DNA of 64,000 bases from Macrostomum hystrix (lineage: Eukaryota; Animalia; Platyhelminthes). Location of the stretch: contig CATNEN010000034.1 in NCBI GenBank assembly GCA_950097015.1, forward strand, positions 3,596,001 to 3,660,000, in the 5' to 3' direction. Made by a program: the position numbers and the translations under genes. Positions 39,714-52,340 of the stretch are shown one piece after another (within the stretch, counting starts at the first letter, position 1; each line of letters opens with the position of its first letter). The notes under the pieces are model-generated. The model was not told where the DNA came from. It searched no databases and worked only from the letters and a program-made list of their open reading frames with translations.

Positions 39714-42700
39714 ATGTCTAGCTGGCTAAGTGGTTTGGCTGGCAAGGCCGAGGACTTCCTAAATACTCTGGACACATCAGCTGCTAGTGCACTAAATAAG
39801 TCGGCTCATGGCGGGCTGGAATCTGACTCGCAGCATCCGCCATCACTTCTGCCACCGCCGCCCCTAATGGTTGAGCCGCCAACTCGTCACAGTCCCCTTG
39901 GCCGCAGTCCCAGCCAGGCGTCGTTGGGCTCGGCTGCAAGAGCAACACAGCCGCCAATTCATCAACAGTCGTTGTCTTCGTCAGCTATTGCGCCTTCTAG
40001 CAAGCGCGTTGACAAGGACGCCGAGCTAATGGAGCTGCTGAATTCGGAGACGCCGTTAGATTCGCTGGTTGGACGGCAGGGGTCCAATACATCTGGCTCG
40101 ATGTTGTCGTCGACGCCAACTCCGACATCGGCTTCGGCGGCGGCGGCAACTGACGCGATGCCGTCAAAGATTTCCGCGCAGCACAGTCGACAGTCGAGTG
40201 TGGCTTCCAGCTTCTCGAAATATTCGGCCTCTGAAATCAAAGCCGAGATGGCTAACGCTGCGGCCGCGGCGGCTACAAGCGGCTCTTCAACCATCGCCGC
40301 CTCCGCTTCGGTAACATCGGCGCCAGCCTCCTCAGCCTCAGTTTTTGGTGTTACGGAAGACAATCCGCCAGCTGAAATTGAGAACAAACTGTTGCGCAGC
40401 GAAATATCTTCACTGAATCAGGAGTTGTCGTCACTGTTGAAACGCAATCAGTCAGCTCAGGATGCGGCCAAGCGTCTGGAAGCCGAATTGGCCAAGTGTC
40501 GCCAACAGTTAAAGCAAGCCGAGGAGGCGGCTGCTTCTGGTCAGGCTAGGTAACAGTGTTGAATTGGTTGGTAGAAAGGAAGTCGGCTGGTATTTTCGGG
40601 AAAGTTAAGCCGAATAATCTTTGTTCGCGTTGCAGAGAGCAGCAATTGTCGGATCTGCTGCACAGTCGGGATGCCCGCATCGCTGAGATGGCCAGCGGCT
40701 ACGATTCTCTGCGCGATCAGCTAGAACTGGTGCGCGCTGATAGCAGCAGATCTGCTGGCTTTCAGCAGGCCGCCTTCGACGAACTGAACGAAAGATTGCG
40801 TCAGGCCGAGGCTAGATTGGAACAGGAGAAGGCCGGCACAGCCAGTCTCCAGGTGATTATCAATCATATATTATTGCTGATTATATTTAGTCCTCGTCAC
40901 AAGAGTCTTTAACAAAAAAGTGACCTCTTTGGTGCTAGTAGCAGTGGGATTTGCAGATGCAGAGCAACACAATTCAGAATTATCCCATAGGAATCTCAAT
41001 GCACATCCTCCAGGCCGAGCTACGCCGGATGCGCCAGGACGCCGAGCAGCAGCAGGCGGTGAGCGCCCAGGCCGGCCGCGCCCTAGCCGAAGAGCAGCGT
41101 CGACTTCGCGCACAAGGATTGGAATTAGAGGCCGCCCAGCGGCGCTGCCAGCAAGCCCAATCGGAGCTGCGCGACTACAAAGAGAAGGCCGGCCGTATTC
41201 TGCAGGTGGGTCATGATTAACAGTAGGACTACCAAGCCATTTTGCCGCCCGTTTTTATACCCAAACTGAACGGAGTAACGCAAGCACACGAAACTCAAGG
41301 TCACGGGCCAACTTTTTGTTGCGCCTCTTCTGAAACAAAAATCAAGTCGCCAGCCCTTCAGAGCGTCGAGATATTGAACGGTTCTGGCCTATGGTCAGAT
41401 TTTTCTCATAAAAGCTAGTGTATTTCATACCCCAATACACGAATTTGCACTGCGCCTCAGTGCGGCCTTGTCAGGCCGTCAAAATTGATCAGCATGTCAC
41501 CCGAATGTGCCTGCATCATCTCCGACTTCGGTGGTCACGCACCTTTATTTAGACGGAGCTGCTTGACCTTCAACAAAGTGGCACCAGCCGAGTATGGACA
41601 CCGTGATGGAAATTTCTCCCATTTTGCTGATCAAGCCTTAATATGGGCGAAGCTCAACCACAGGACCCTCGCCTTGTCTGTCAACCAATCAGTCACCACC
41701 CCGACGCCGTCAGCATCGTCAGCAGAGTGCCTCCAGCTGGGTATGGAGTCCCTAAAGCGAATTTTTCTACTTTCGCTATGCCCCGATGTTGGCCTAAACT
41801 CTACTATCACTTGTTGAAGGTCCAGCAGATCCGTCTAGATAAAGGTCGGTGACCACCGAAGTCGGAGATGAAGCAGGCACATTCGGGTGACACGCTGATA
41901 AAGTTTGAAGACCTGGCAAGGCCGCACTGAGGCGCAGTGCAAATTTTGTATAGGGGTGTATGAAATGCACTAGTGCTTATGGGAAAATCAGACCTTAGGC
42001 TAGAACCGTTCAATATCTTGATGGTCTGAAGGGCTGGCGACTTGAAATTGTTTCAGAGCATGCGCAACAAAATGTTGCCGGCCCGTGTTCTTGAGTTTCT
42101 TGTGCTTGCGTTGTTCAGTTCGGGTGCAGCGTAAATAATTGTCGGGGTATCCCCCCCCCTTAGTAGTTTACGGCTTCCATCTTCTTGTGCTATGCAAAAA
42201 TAAATCTTCTCTATCTTGTTCTCAGGTAAAAGACAAGATGATCGCCGCACTCAAGAAAGGTGGCAACGGAGGCGGTAGTAGCGGCGAACTCGGCGGGATT
42301 CCTGACGCCGCAGACGCCGCAGTAGGAAGCTCAGCCGCTGAACTATTCGCCGAAGTTGAAGCTCTGCGTCAGGAGCGCGAACTGCTTCGAGAGGAGGCGC
42401 AACGGGCCAAACTGGCCGCCGAGGGTCTGCGCTGCGACGTGGAAGATTTGGAAGCCCAGATGCAATCGGAGAGCGAGACTTTCCGCAAGACCATGTCTGG
42501 TCTGGAGGCGCAGCTTGAGTCCGAGCGACTTGCTAGACTTTCGGCTGAGGAGGAGGCACATGTTAGTACATAGGGATCTGCTGGAAATTCTCCCAGCCTC
42601 TAATGGGCTGCTTCACTTCCCCTGTACTTTCTTGACTTTCCCTGGGCTGCCTCATCCTTTCCTGGGCTGCCTCATCCTTTCCTGGGCTGCCTCACCCTTC

Positions 42701-44744
42701 CCTGGGCTGCCTCACCCTTCCCTGGGCTGCCTCACCCTTCCCTGGGCTGCCTCACCCTTCCCTGGGCTGCCTCACCCTTCCCTGGGCTGCCTCACCCTTC
42801 CCTGGGCTGCCTCACCCTTCCCTGGGCTGCCTCACCCTTCCCTGGGCTGCCTCACCCTTCCCTGGGCTGCCTCACCCTTCCCTGGGCTGCCTCACCCTTC
42901 CCTGGGCTGCCTCACCCTCCTATCCTGTACTAGGTACCCTACCCTGTACTTGCTTGACATCCCATAGGCTGTCTCTAATCAGATTTATAAGTCCTACTTT
43001 AGCTATGTAAATGCAATCAGCACAAACAAGGAAATCAAAAAACAACCAGGCCGCTAGACGCGATTCCGGTCAGCAGCGCGACCTATGGCTGCGCGACAAA
43101 GCCGAGCTTAGCCAACGCCTGGCCCAGTCAGAGGCTGAGATTGAAGCTCTGCGACGACAGACAACCGGCTCTCACCTTCTGCGGTCTGGTGGCGGTACGG
43201 CCGCCAGTAGTCAGGAGGGTAGCGAGCTGGAGGCGCGAATCAGATCGCTAACTGACAGTCTGATTCAGGTGAGCTTTGGTTTGAAGGGCCGAAATATGGC
43301 CTGTCCAGCGTACCTGGCTACCCAGATATTTGGCTACTGACTTCCGAAGCGATTCGACGAAGCTTTTAGAGATCACTTGAGTGCTACTAATGAGTTGAGA
43401 GCTGACAGCAAAGGGAGAGGCTAGATAAGAGTGAAGGAGAGAGATTAGACAGCACTGGGAGAGACTAGATAATAGTGAACGAGAGAGATTAGACAGCACT
43501 GGGAGAGACTAGATGAGAGTGAAGGAGAGATTAGACTTGGGTGGATGAGAGATTAGAGTAGGGTAGAGTAGTGATTAGACAGAAATAGGGGATAGATCCA
43601 TATTCATATAAGCTACATTATAAACCTAGCTCTAAGTATGATCTCAACTCTTACACCTTCTCCAACTCCATCCTGTCCACCGAGCGCAGAAGCAGACGGC
43701 CCTGGAGTCTAGCAACACTGAGAAGGCCAGCCTCCGCCTGATGGTGGAGCAGCTGGAGTCGCGCCTATCTGAGCGCGCTCATCACGCAGCCTCGATGGCC
43801 CAGGAGTCCGGCTCGCTGATGTCGTCAAGATCTCAGGCGCCGCAGTCGGATTATATTCGCATTCACATGCAGGATCCGCCCTATGCCAGGTATATTAATT
43901 ACTATTCTATGCTGAAATAAAGTTCAATATTTAATCTAACAATCGTTTAAGAAGATGTGGTAGGAGAGATGCAATACTGGCGAGATCAGGCAGGAGACAG
44001 AAAAGATAAAACAAAAGGATAAGGCGGGTAGATTTTGCGTACTATTGAATATTTGATGTCAAGGCATTAAATTTTGCATATGAGTTTTTTAAAAGCAGAC
44101 ATCTTATTCGGTAAGAATTTCTGTGGTAAATTTAAATGCAGTATCATTCAACGCTGAAAGTTGGTGAATAAATAAAGGTGCTAATTTACATATTATTTAC
44201 TAAATTACTTTTGGTTAAAATTTTTGCTATTAACATATACTCGTATATTATGAGAACTTTAAAACTTTAGAATTTTCAAATCTTTGCATCGATTTGCTAT
44301 TCAGCCTACTATTAGTAGTTCTTTCTATTCAGTTTCTTTCGTGTTGAGGAAAGTCCATAGACGAAACAGCAGTTTACAGCCACGTAAAAATTATTTGACT
44401 AAAAAAATATTAGAATTCATTTATAAGTCACACTACTTATAGTAGCCACAAAGGATGTACACATTCAGTTAACTGTTAAATTCTATTTTAGGCACATGAA
44501 GCGAGCGGTAAACACGCTAGATAAGGCGGGCGTCAAGCTTGGTGTATTTCTACGTCGCTATCCAATGGCCAGAATGCTATTCTTAGCCTATATTGGCCTG
44601 CTACACCTGTGGGTGCTGCTAGTGCTGCTCACTTATCAGCCTGAGATGCATCATCAAGGCTTTAATGGCGGCGCAATGCCGCAGCCGCCCGGATTGGCTG
44701 GCGGCGCTGCCTCAGCCGGCGGCCCGGCGTCCAATCCGAGTTAA
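39714..44744 (+). CDS. GOLGA5: Golgin-84 (GOLGA5), 7 exons, ~750 aa
   Basis: Exons 39714..40549, 40636..40852, 41014..41205, 42226..42561, 43050..43268, 43690..43889 and 44492..44744 join in frame. N-terminus MSSWLSGLAGKAEDFLNTLD; coiled coils; LIQ|KQTALES..EKASL; C-terminal TM LRRYPMARMLFLAYIGLLHLWVLLVLLTYQPEMH. Confidence 0.93.
41260..42124. mobile_element. Foldback/MITE-like element with ~315-bp imperfect inverted arms in GOLGA5 intron 3
   Basis: 41260-41576 is the reverse complement of 41811-42124 with scattered mismatches; ~235-bp spacer; no clear TSD. Confidence 0.8.
42635..42918. repeat. 20-bp minisatellite (cctgggctgcctcacccttc) in GOLGA5 intron 4
   Basis: About 13 copies. Confidence 0.95.
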
Positions 44745-45489
44745 TCTGGCTAATGTGACTTGGAGCACAAGATAGACAATAATAATTCAGTCTGCACCTG
44801 CAACTATTGCGCAACTTGTCACGTGAACCGGGCTTGTAGCTGAATCATTTAATTAGGTTTATTGGGGAGCCACTTGATTTGATAGTGATCTAAAATAGAT
44901 CCTCGTAATACTACTCAGGTATACAATGGGCTAATGAGGTGTATACTACTGATGGTTTATGCTATACTACTGAAGAGACATATACTACTGAATACAATTC
45001 TGACGAGGTATCGACAGGCGCTTTCACTTGCATATTTCAATTTCATGCGGCGAATAACCTGCCAATTCTTTATAGCTGGGTGACAGTTTTTTGTTCTATA
45101 ACTGAATTCGTGTTGGTTTATTGTGTATGATATCCAGTAGAGTACACAGTTTGTTCTCATTCTTCAACATACTAGGTCTGTGATGAATTCTGGTGATGTA
45201 TGCCTAAGATTGCAACTTTGTTCCTTACTACATTATCATTATACATTGTTTCCAATGCTAAACTGTTTGTAAAAAGTATCAGATGCCTTAAATGATAAGC
45301 AATTGCAGAATGATCCTCTACAATGTCTCTCAACACGTCTGTTATATATGGAATATTTGATTATTAAATATACTAAAAGTTTGTGATTTTAGGAGTTACT
45401 ATTAGTAGTAGGTGAAGTCAATAAAGTCAATCGGAGAAGTCCATTTTTTGCTTAACATTACAATATATTTTCATGTACAGAATCAATTA

Positions 45490-46335
45490 GTCTGTCTTTC
45501 CCTCCCTTCTATCTGTCCACCCGACCGTCTCTGTCCCTCCCTGCTATCTGTCCACCCGACTGTCTCTCTGTCCCTCCCTGTTATCTGTCCACCCGACTGT
45601 CTCTCTGTCCCTGATATCTGTCCACCTGGCTGTCTCTCTGTCCCTCCCTGTTATCTGTCCACCCGACTGTCTCTCTGTCCCTGCTATCTGTCCACCTGGC
45701 TGTCTCTCTGTCCCTACCTGTTATCTGTCCACCTGGCTGTCTCTCTGTCCCTCCCTGCTATCTGTCCACCCGACTGTCTCTCTGTCCCTGCTATCTGTCC
45801 ACCCGACTGTCTCTCTGTCCCTGCTATCTGTCCACCCGACTGTCTCTCTGTCCCTGCTATCTGTCCACCCGACTGTCTCTCTGTCCCTGCTATCTGTCCA
45901 CCCGACTGTCTCTCTGTCCCTGCTATGGGGTCGTTTCACAAACCCTAATTTTCACAACGTCGAAAAGCCGTGCACAGAATTTCATAAGCTCTAAATTTTA
46001 CAACGTCGAAAACAAAAGTTGCTTCCGACTTCACAAGCCCTAAATTTCACAAGCCATAATTTTCACAAGCCATAATTTTCACAAGACCTAATTTTCACAA
46101 CGTCGAAAAGCCATGCACAGACTCTTTACAAGCCTTGTGAAATTTAGGGCTTATGAAATTCTGTGCATGCCTTTTAGGCGTTGTGAAATTTAGGGCTTGT
46201 GAAATTTAGGGCTTATGAAAGGATCTGGTTTAGACGTTGTGAAAATTAGGGTTTGTGAAAGCGACCCCCTGCTATCTGTCCACCCGGCTGTCTTCCTGTC
46301 CCGGCTGTCTTCCTGTCCCTGCTATCTGTCTACTC
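45490..46335. repeat. 33/37-bp minisatellite (ctgtccacccgactgtctctctgtccctgctat) interrupted by a MITE
   Basis: The array resumes after 46268. Confidence 0.9.
45927..46268. mobile_element. MITE (~342 bp) with ~35-bp TIRs and 7-bp TSD
   Basis: 5' GGGGTCGTTTCACAAACCCTAATTTTCACAACGTC and 3' GACGTTGTGAAAATTAGGGTTTGTGAAAGCGACCCC. CTGCTAT is duplicated at 45920-45926 and 46269-46275. Internal 16-bp repeats run in opposite orientation in each half. Confidence 0.88.
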
Positions 46336-46460
46336 GACTGTCCTTTTTGTCTCTGTCTGTCTGTCTTTCTTTCTATGTTTCTCCTATTATGTATATTGCT
46401 TCAGTTCCTATTCATCTTCAACTTATTAATTTTACTTTTCTCTTCAGTTACTAACTTACC

Positions 46461-49400
46461 ATGGCAATGCCGCTTGAAACGCTGTCAATCAGCGGCCACA
46501 GCTTCAGCGGCTGCGCTGGCGGTGATTCGGTTTCACCAGTAGAAACAACCGAATCGTCATTGTTCAGCTTTCCTATACTCGATGACGTCATGGATAAAGA
46601 GTCTCAGCTGGATTTGGAGTTCCGCGCTGCCCTGTGCAACTCCGGCTTTCCGTTGGCGGCTGCAACAGCCGCAACCCACTCAGTTGGACTCCTGCCTCCT
46701 CTAGCCGATATAGACATCAGCCTGTCCTGCGACACTGTCGACGGATGCGACAGCGTCTCCGGCTTCAACGCTGCGGAGGCTGTCAGCCGGCTGATCGGAT
46801 TGGCCAGCCCTCCGGCCGGCTCGGCGACTTTGACTGCGTCGACAGAGAGTTCGATTGACTGCGCTGAGCCGCCGCCGCCGCTGCTGCTGCCCGACGCCGG
46901 CTTTCTGGAAGCTTTGGACGAGGACTCCATCGAGTTTTATCTGTGCGTCAACTGCGGCTACTGCTGCCCGGGTGGCGAACAGATGCGGGCCCACAAGACT
47001 GCCAGCGGACATCTGGGCTTTCTTAGGTCTGTGTTCCACCTGCTCCAGTTTGAACAAGAAATGGGTCAACTGATTTTTACCAAAGAACCCCTTTCTAAAG
47101 ATTGCTATTTTAACGAATCCCATTCTAAAGAACCACTTTCTAAAGAATCCCATTTTCAGATTCCCATTCCCATTACAGCTGAAGGGAGCTGTAATCTCAT
47201 TGCTACGATATGAGCCTTTTACTCGTATGAACTGCCTTGAGAGAGTATTCTAAAACCAACTATGCATGTTTTTGGAATATTTAAATCTCTTTAGATTCGA
47301 GCAATTTCTTAGCCAAAATATGTGTACCGTCTTGTTAGAATTTCTGATCAAATGGTGCAAGTTTGGTGAAAATCGGTTGAGCCGTTTCTTGTTAAATCAA
47401 TCCTAGAAAGACAGACAGAAAGAAAGAAATGTTTTATTATTGACCAAGAGTGAGTTATAAATCATTCGTTAACATAAAGGGATTCGAACCTGACGAGTTA
47501 AAAAACGTCCAGCTCCAGGAGGCATAAAGTGCTAGTCAAATATACTAAAAAGAAAAAATTCTTGCTTGCCTGATTGATTGTTATTTTACTAAATCTAATA
47601 TTTCCATTAACAGAGCTGAATCGGGCGACACCTTCGAGTGCATTCAATGCGACGATTTTTTTGAATCCCGGCATTTAGTGCTGCGCCATCTAGCCCTGCA
47701 TGGCCACGACCGCTTTCAGAAGGTGCGCTTAACTGGCTCGGCTATGAACTTGGATTCCGTGTTTAAACCGGATGAAACTGGAAGCGGATGTGTTCCAGAC
47801 ACTATTGTAGATGAAGCCATCGTTGTAACTGGAAACGGAACCGGAATAGGAACTGGACTCGAAAGTGGAACTGGAAACGGAAGTGGAACCGGAACTGGAA
47901 GCGTGATTGGCAATGTAACCAGAAGCATAAGCCTAATCAGAAGCGGAAGTTTATCCGGAAGCGTAATCGGCGGCAAATTATTCCCAGTTGGTCCGTTCGA
48001 TTGCGTTGAATGTGGTGAAGGCCTCGACAGTGTTCGACATTTGACGTCGCACACCGCCCGCACCGGTCATTCCCAGTTCAAAGCCCGGCCTGGCGCCGCT
48101 CAGCGCCTGCTGCCCGCCCAGGAGCCGCAGCCGCCATCGCCGGCTCCGGAGCAGCAGTTTGCGGCTATAACGCCAGTGCAGCCAGTGAAGGACGACCAGG
48201 CGCCATCCGACTTGGCCGTGTGCATGCGCTGCACCGCCTGGGCGTTCGGCAATGTCGGCCAAGCTGAGCACAGCAGCCGAACTGGCCACAATGAATTCCA
48301 GCCTGTGCGACACCGCGGCTGCAGTGGTGGCAAGCCGACCTGCTACAAGTGCCTGCTGTGCCATCAGAGACTCAACACACCCGAGCAGGTCCGTTAAAGC
48401 TACTTAAAATTGGCTAGTAGTAAATGGGGTGGACATCTCAACACAAGTTAGTATAGTAGTATATGGTGGACATCTCAACACAAGCTAGTATAGTAGTATA
48501 TGGTGGACATCTCAACACAAGCTAGTATAGTAGTATATGGTGGACATCTCAACACAAGCTAGTATAGTAGTATATGGTGGACATCTCAACACAAGCTAGT
48601 ATAGTAGTATATGGTGGACATCTCAACACAAGCTAGTATAGTAGTATATGGTGGACATCTCTACACAAGCTAGTATAGTAGTATATGGTGGACATCTCAA
48701 CACAAGCTAGTATAGTAGTATATGGTGGACATCTCAACACAAGCTAGTATAGTAGTATATGGTGGACATCTCAACACAAGCTAGTATAGTAGTATATGGT
48801 GGACATCTCAACACAAGCTAGTATAGTAGTATATGGTGGACATCTCAACACAAGCTAGTATAGTAGTATATGGTGGACATCTCAACACAAGCTAGTATAG
48901 TAGTATATAGTGGACATCTCAACACAAGCTAGTATAGTAGTATATGGTGGACATTTATACACAAGATAGTATAGTAGTATATGGTGGACATTTATACACA
49001 AGATAGTATAGTAGTATATGGTGGACATTTATACACAAGATAGTCTGGTAGTATCTAGAGGACATCTAAATAAAGGACAGTCCAGTAGTATCTGGCGGAA
49101 ATCTAGACATAGAACATTCCTATCTGTTGGATCAGCTCAATTCTTGTGCTCTCTCTCTCTTAAACTTCAGGTTGCTAGTCATATGCGCCGCTTCTCACAT
49201 GAGAACTTCGCCAGCCTAGTCGACGATCGTCCGCATCTGCAGCATCTGCAGCAGCAGCAACAACAGCAGCAGCAGCCGGGCATGGACTTTCCCTACGGCC
49301 GAGTCCGCCTAAGCCTCATACCGCCAGGCGCATCCAATACCGGCCTCCTAATCGTGGCCCTAGCCGAAGAATCCGCGGCCGCCGACGCAGCTGGCAGAGC

Positions 49401-50076
49401 TCTAAAACAGGCGGCTATTGAATGCGGCTTCGGCCTACCGCACAGCGTCAATCTCTGCCGCGTCTGCGGCCTGCGCTTCTCCGGCTCCGCCGAACTGTTG
49501 AGCCATGCCAGCTCGACGCACCACAATGAGCGCGACCTGGCTGAACGGCGCACAGCCCTCATGGTCATGCGTACAGCCAACCGGCCCCTGATTGGCCTCC
49601 GCGCTTCCGTCCGGCTGCGCTGTCTGCTGTGCCCGGCCCGGCTGCGTTCGGCCGGCGATCTGACGCCGCATCTGGACGCCGTCCATCGCCAGCCCTGCCC
49701 GCTGTGCTCCCGTCGCATTCTGCTGACTGACGGCCAGGACAGCATGCTTCGCCATGTGCGTGACGCCTGCCTGAACCGCGGCAGCCTACAGCGCAACCTT
49801 CTGGGCGTGTCGGCGTCGCCTCACGCCGTCAAGCGTAGGCGCCTTACTGTGGACTCCGGCGCGTCCATCGCTCTGGCCTCCGACTTGGCCGCTCCGCCTG
49901 TGGCCGCCCTGAGAGCCGCCGCGGCCGTCGCCGATCCCTTCGATGAGCGCCTGCTGTGCTTCACCTGCGGCGATGAGTTTGCCGGCTTGACGGCGCTTCG
50001 AGAGCACAGGGCGCAGTGCCGCAAGCGGGGCAGCGTCGGCGGGATGGGCGGCGCTCTGCGCTCGCAGCTGTTCTAG
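46461..50076 (+). CDS. Multi-zinc-finger protein (~748 aa; about 9 C2H2/C2HC fingers), 3 exons
   Basis: Exons 46461..47026, 47614..48388 and 49171..50076 join in frame. One finger is split by intron 2 (CLLCHQRLNTPEQ|VASHMRRFSH). Several fingers have C-x2-C-x12-H-x5-H spacing. Confidence 0.82.
48427..49040. repeat. 37-bp minisatellite (ggtggacatctcaacacaagctagtatagtagtatat) in ZnF intron 2
   Basis: About 16 copies. Confidence 0.96.
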
Positions 50077-50321
50077 TCTCGAGGCGATTCAGTTCGGTGG
50101 AAGTGCTTCGGCTTCAACTTAATATTCAGAGAGAGAAAGAAAGCCTCAGTTAAAAGAAACGCATTTTAACTGCCCAGTTCTCTTTCTACATCTTTAGACT
50201 CCATACAGAATCATGCAGAACTCCCTGCAAGGGTTGCAGCTTATGATTCTTGTTTTGTGTGAACTCAAGAGAACGACCGCTTGAAATCAAATGAGAATCG
50301 TCTTTTAAAATTCCGGCTACA

Positions 50322-50866
50322 CCCTATGAGAATCGCTTTCTAACAACTCTTGAGAATCGCCTTTCAACACCCCATGAGAGTCGCCTTTCAACACCCCATG
50401 AGAATCGCCTTTCAACACCCCATGAGAGTCGCCTTTCAACACCCCATGAGAATCGCCTTTCAACACCCCATGAGAGTCGCCTTTCAACACCCCATGAGAA
50501 TCGCCTTTCAACACCCCATGAGAGTCGCCTTTCAACACCCCATGAGAGTCGCCTTTCAACACCCCATGAGAGTCGCCTTTCAACACCCCATGAGAATCGC
50601 CTTTCAACACCCCATGAGAATCGCCTTTCAACACCCCATGAGAATCGCCTTTCAACACCCCATGAGAGTCGCCTTTCAACACCCCATGAGAATCGCCTTT
50701 CAACACCCCATGAGAGTCGCCTTTCAACACCCCATGAGAATCGCCTTTCAACACCCCATGAGAATCGCCTTTCAACACCCCATGAGAATCGCCTTTCAAC
50801 ACCCCATGAGAGTCGCCTTTTAACACCCCATGAGAATCGCCTTTCAACACCCCATGAGAATCGCCT
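50322..50866. repeat. 24-bp minisatellite (gagaatcgcctttcaacaccccat)
   Basis: About 22 copies; source of the VLKGDSHG pseudo-ORF. Confidence 0.97.
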
Positions 50867-51831
50867 AGTCTTCGAGCAAAATGAAGAAAGCTTTAGTGCT
50901 TCCGTTATTCTGAATCCTGCTCTGGTAATCATTGATCTTCTTATCCAGTTTGTCAGCTCTTTGATATTTTCCGAGAATTAATGTTGAAAAAGACACTTGC
51001 GCTTGCAGGCCTGCCGGGTACTACTTTCAGTAGTGTAATGCAATCAGGTTTTTTGCATTTCGCAATATTTACTTTCAATAAATCTTCGCTGTTCCACTAT
51101 TCCATCTTTGTGATTCGCCAATGGGAACTAAAAGCAATTTCGAAGTTCCAAAAGTTATGCCGTGCAATTAAATACTCAATGAAGTGTGCGTAAAGTTCTG
51201 CTGCATTTTTGCACCATCACATTTAACAATTTCAGTTCCTTTCTTTTAATTGCTCTTTCATATCCATAGAAATTGGGCTAGAGACATTTTTGCTCTGCCA
51301 TTATAGCCAAACACCTGCGTATTTTTGGCCATCTTCCTGAATCTACACACGTTTGCCGCTCACAATGTCGTTGTCCTACTAGGGACAGAAAGCAGAATCA
51401 TGTCTTTTTATTAGTTGGAACAGGATATGCTAATAAACTGGACCTGTTTACAAGTTGAAACGTGTTCCGACACTTATCAACTAGTTTTTAGAATTTTTTG
51501 ATGAGGAAAATTATAACCAACGAGTTTTCTCTGTGTGCGTTTCTTAACCTACCTATGAGATTAACCTGCAAATTCTAATTGGCTGACGTCAAGGTCAGGG
51601 TCACGTGCTTGGGTTGCGGTTCGTTAATGCAGGGTTTCCAGCTGTGTCTAGAAATAGAAACATCAGAAAACATTTAATAAGAGCTGCTCCCATGTTAACT
51701 GATGTACCCTCCCTCAAAGAAAGTGTCGTAGTTTCTTGCAAGAATTGCATGTTGCATGTAGATGACTTTTAGTGAAAACCAGATCCTGATTGAAGTTTTT
51801 GGAAGCACCATGACTAGAGTTTGGCCACAAC

Positions 51832-52340
51832 CCTAGACTCCATCGACAACCCTTGACACCAACGACAACCCTTGACACCATCGACAACCCTAGACACCAT
51901 CGACAACCCTAGACACCATCGACAACCCTAGACACCATCGACAACCCTAGACTCCATCGACAACCCTTGACACCAACGACAACCCTAGACTCCATCGACA
52001 ACCCTAGACACCATCGACAACCCTAGACACCATCGACAACCCTAGACACCATCGACAACCCTTGACACCAACGACAACCCTAGACTCCATCGACAACCCT
52101 TGACACCAACGACAACCCTTGACACCATCGACAACCCTTGACACCAACGACAACCCTTGACACCAACGACAACCCTAGACTCCATCGACAACCCTTGACA
52201 CCAACGACAACCCTTGACACCATCGACAACCCTTGACACCAACGACAACCCTTGACACCATCGACAACCCTTGACACCAACGACAACCCTAGACACAATC
52301 GACAACCCTAGACACCAACGACAACCCTAGACACCATCGA
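51832..52340. repeat. 19-bp minisatellite (gacaaccctagacaccatc)
   Basis: About 26 copies. Confidence 0.95.

Noticed and set aside
7881-50932. Long repetitive ORFs (SCSL/YPVV, MVYH, LPIYL, SIILLLPF, SAEPPILQGW, VLKGDSHG)
   Set aside because: All coincide with tandem arrays and are open on several frames or strands; they are translation artefacts.
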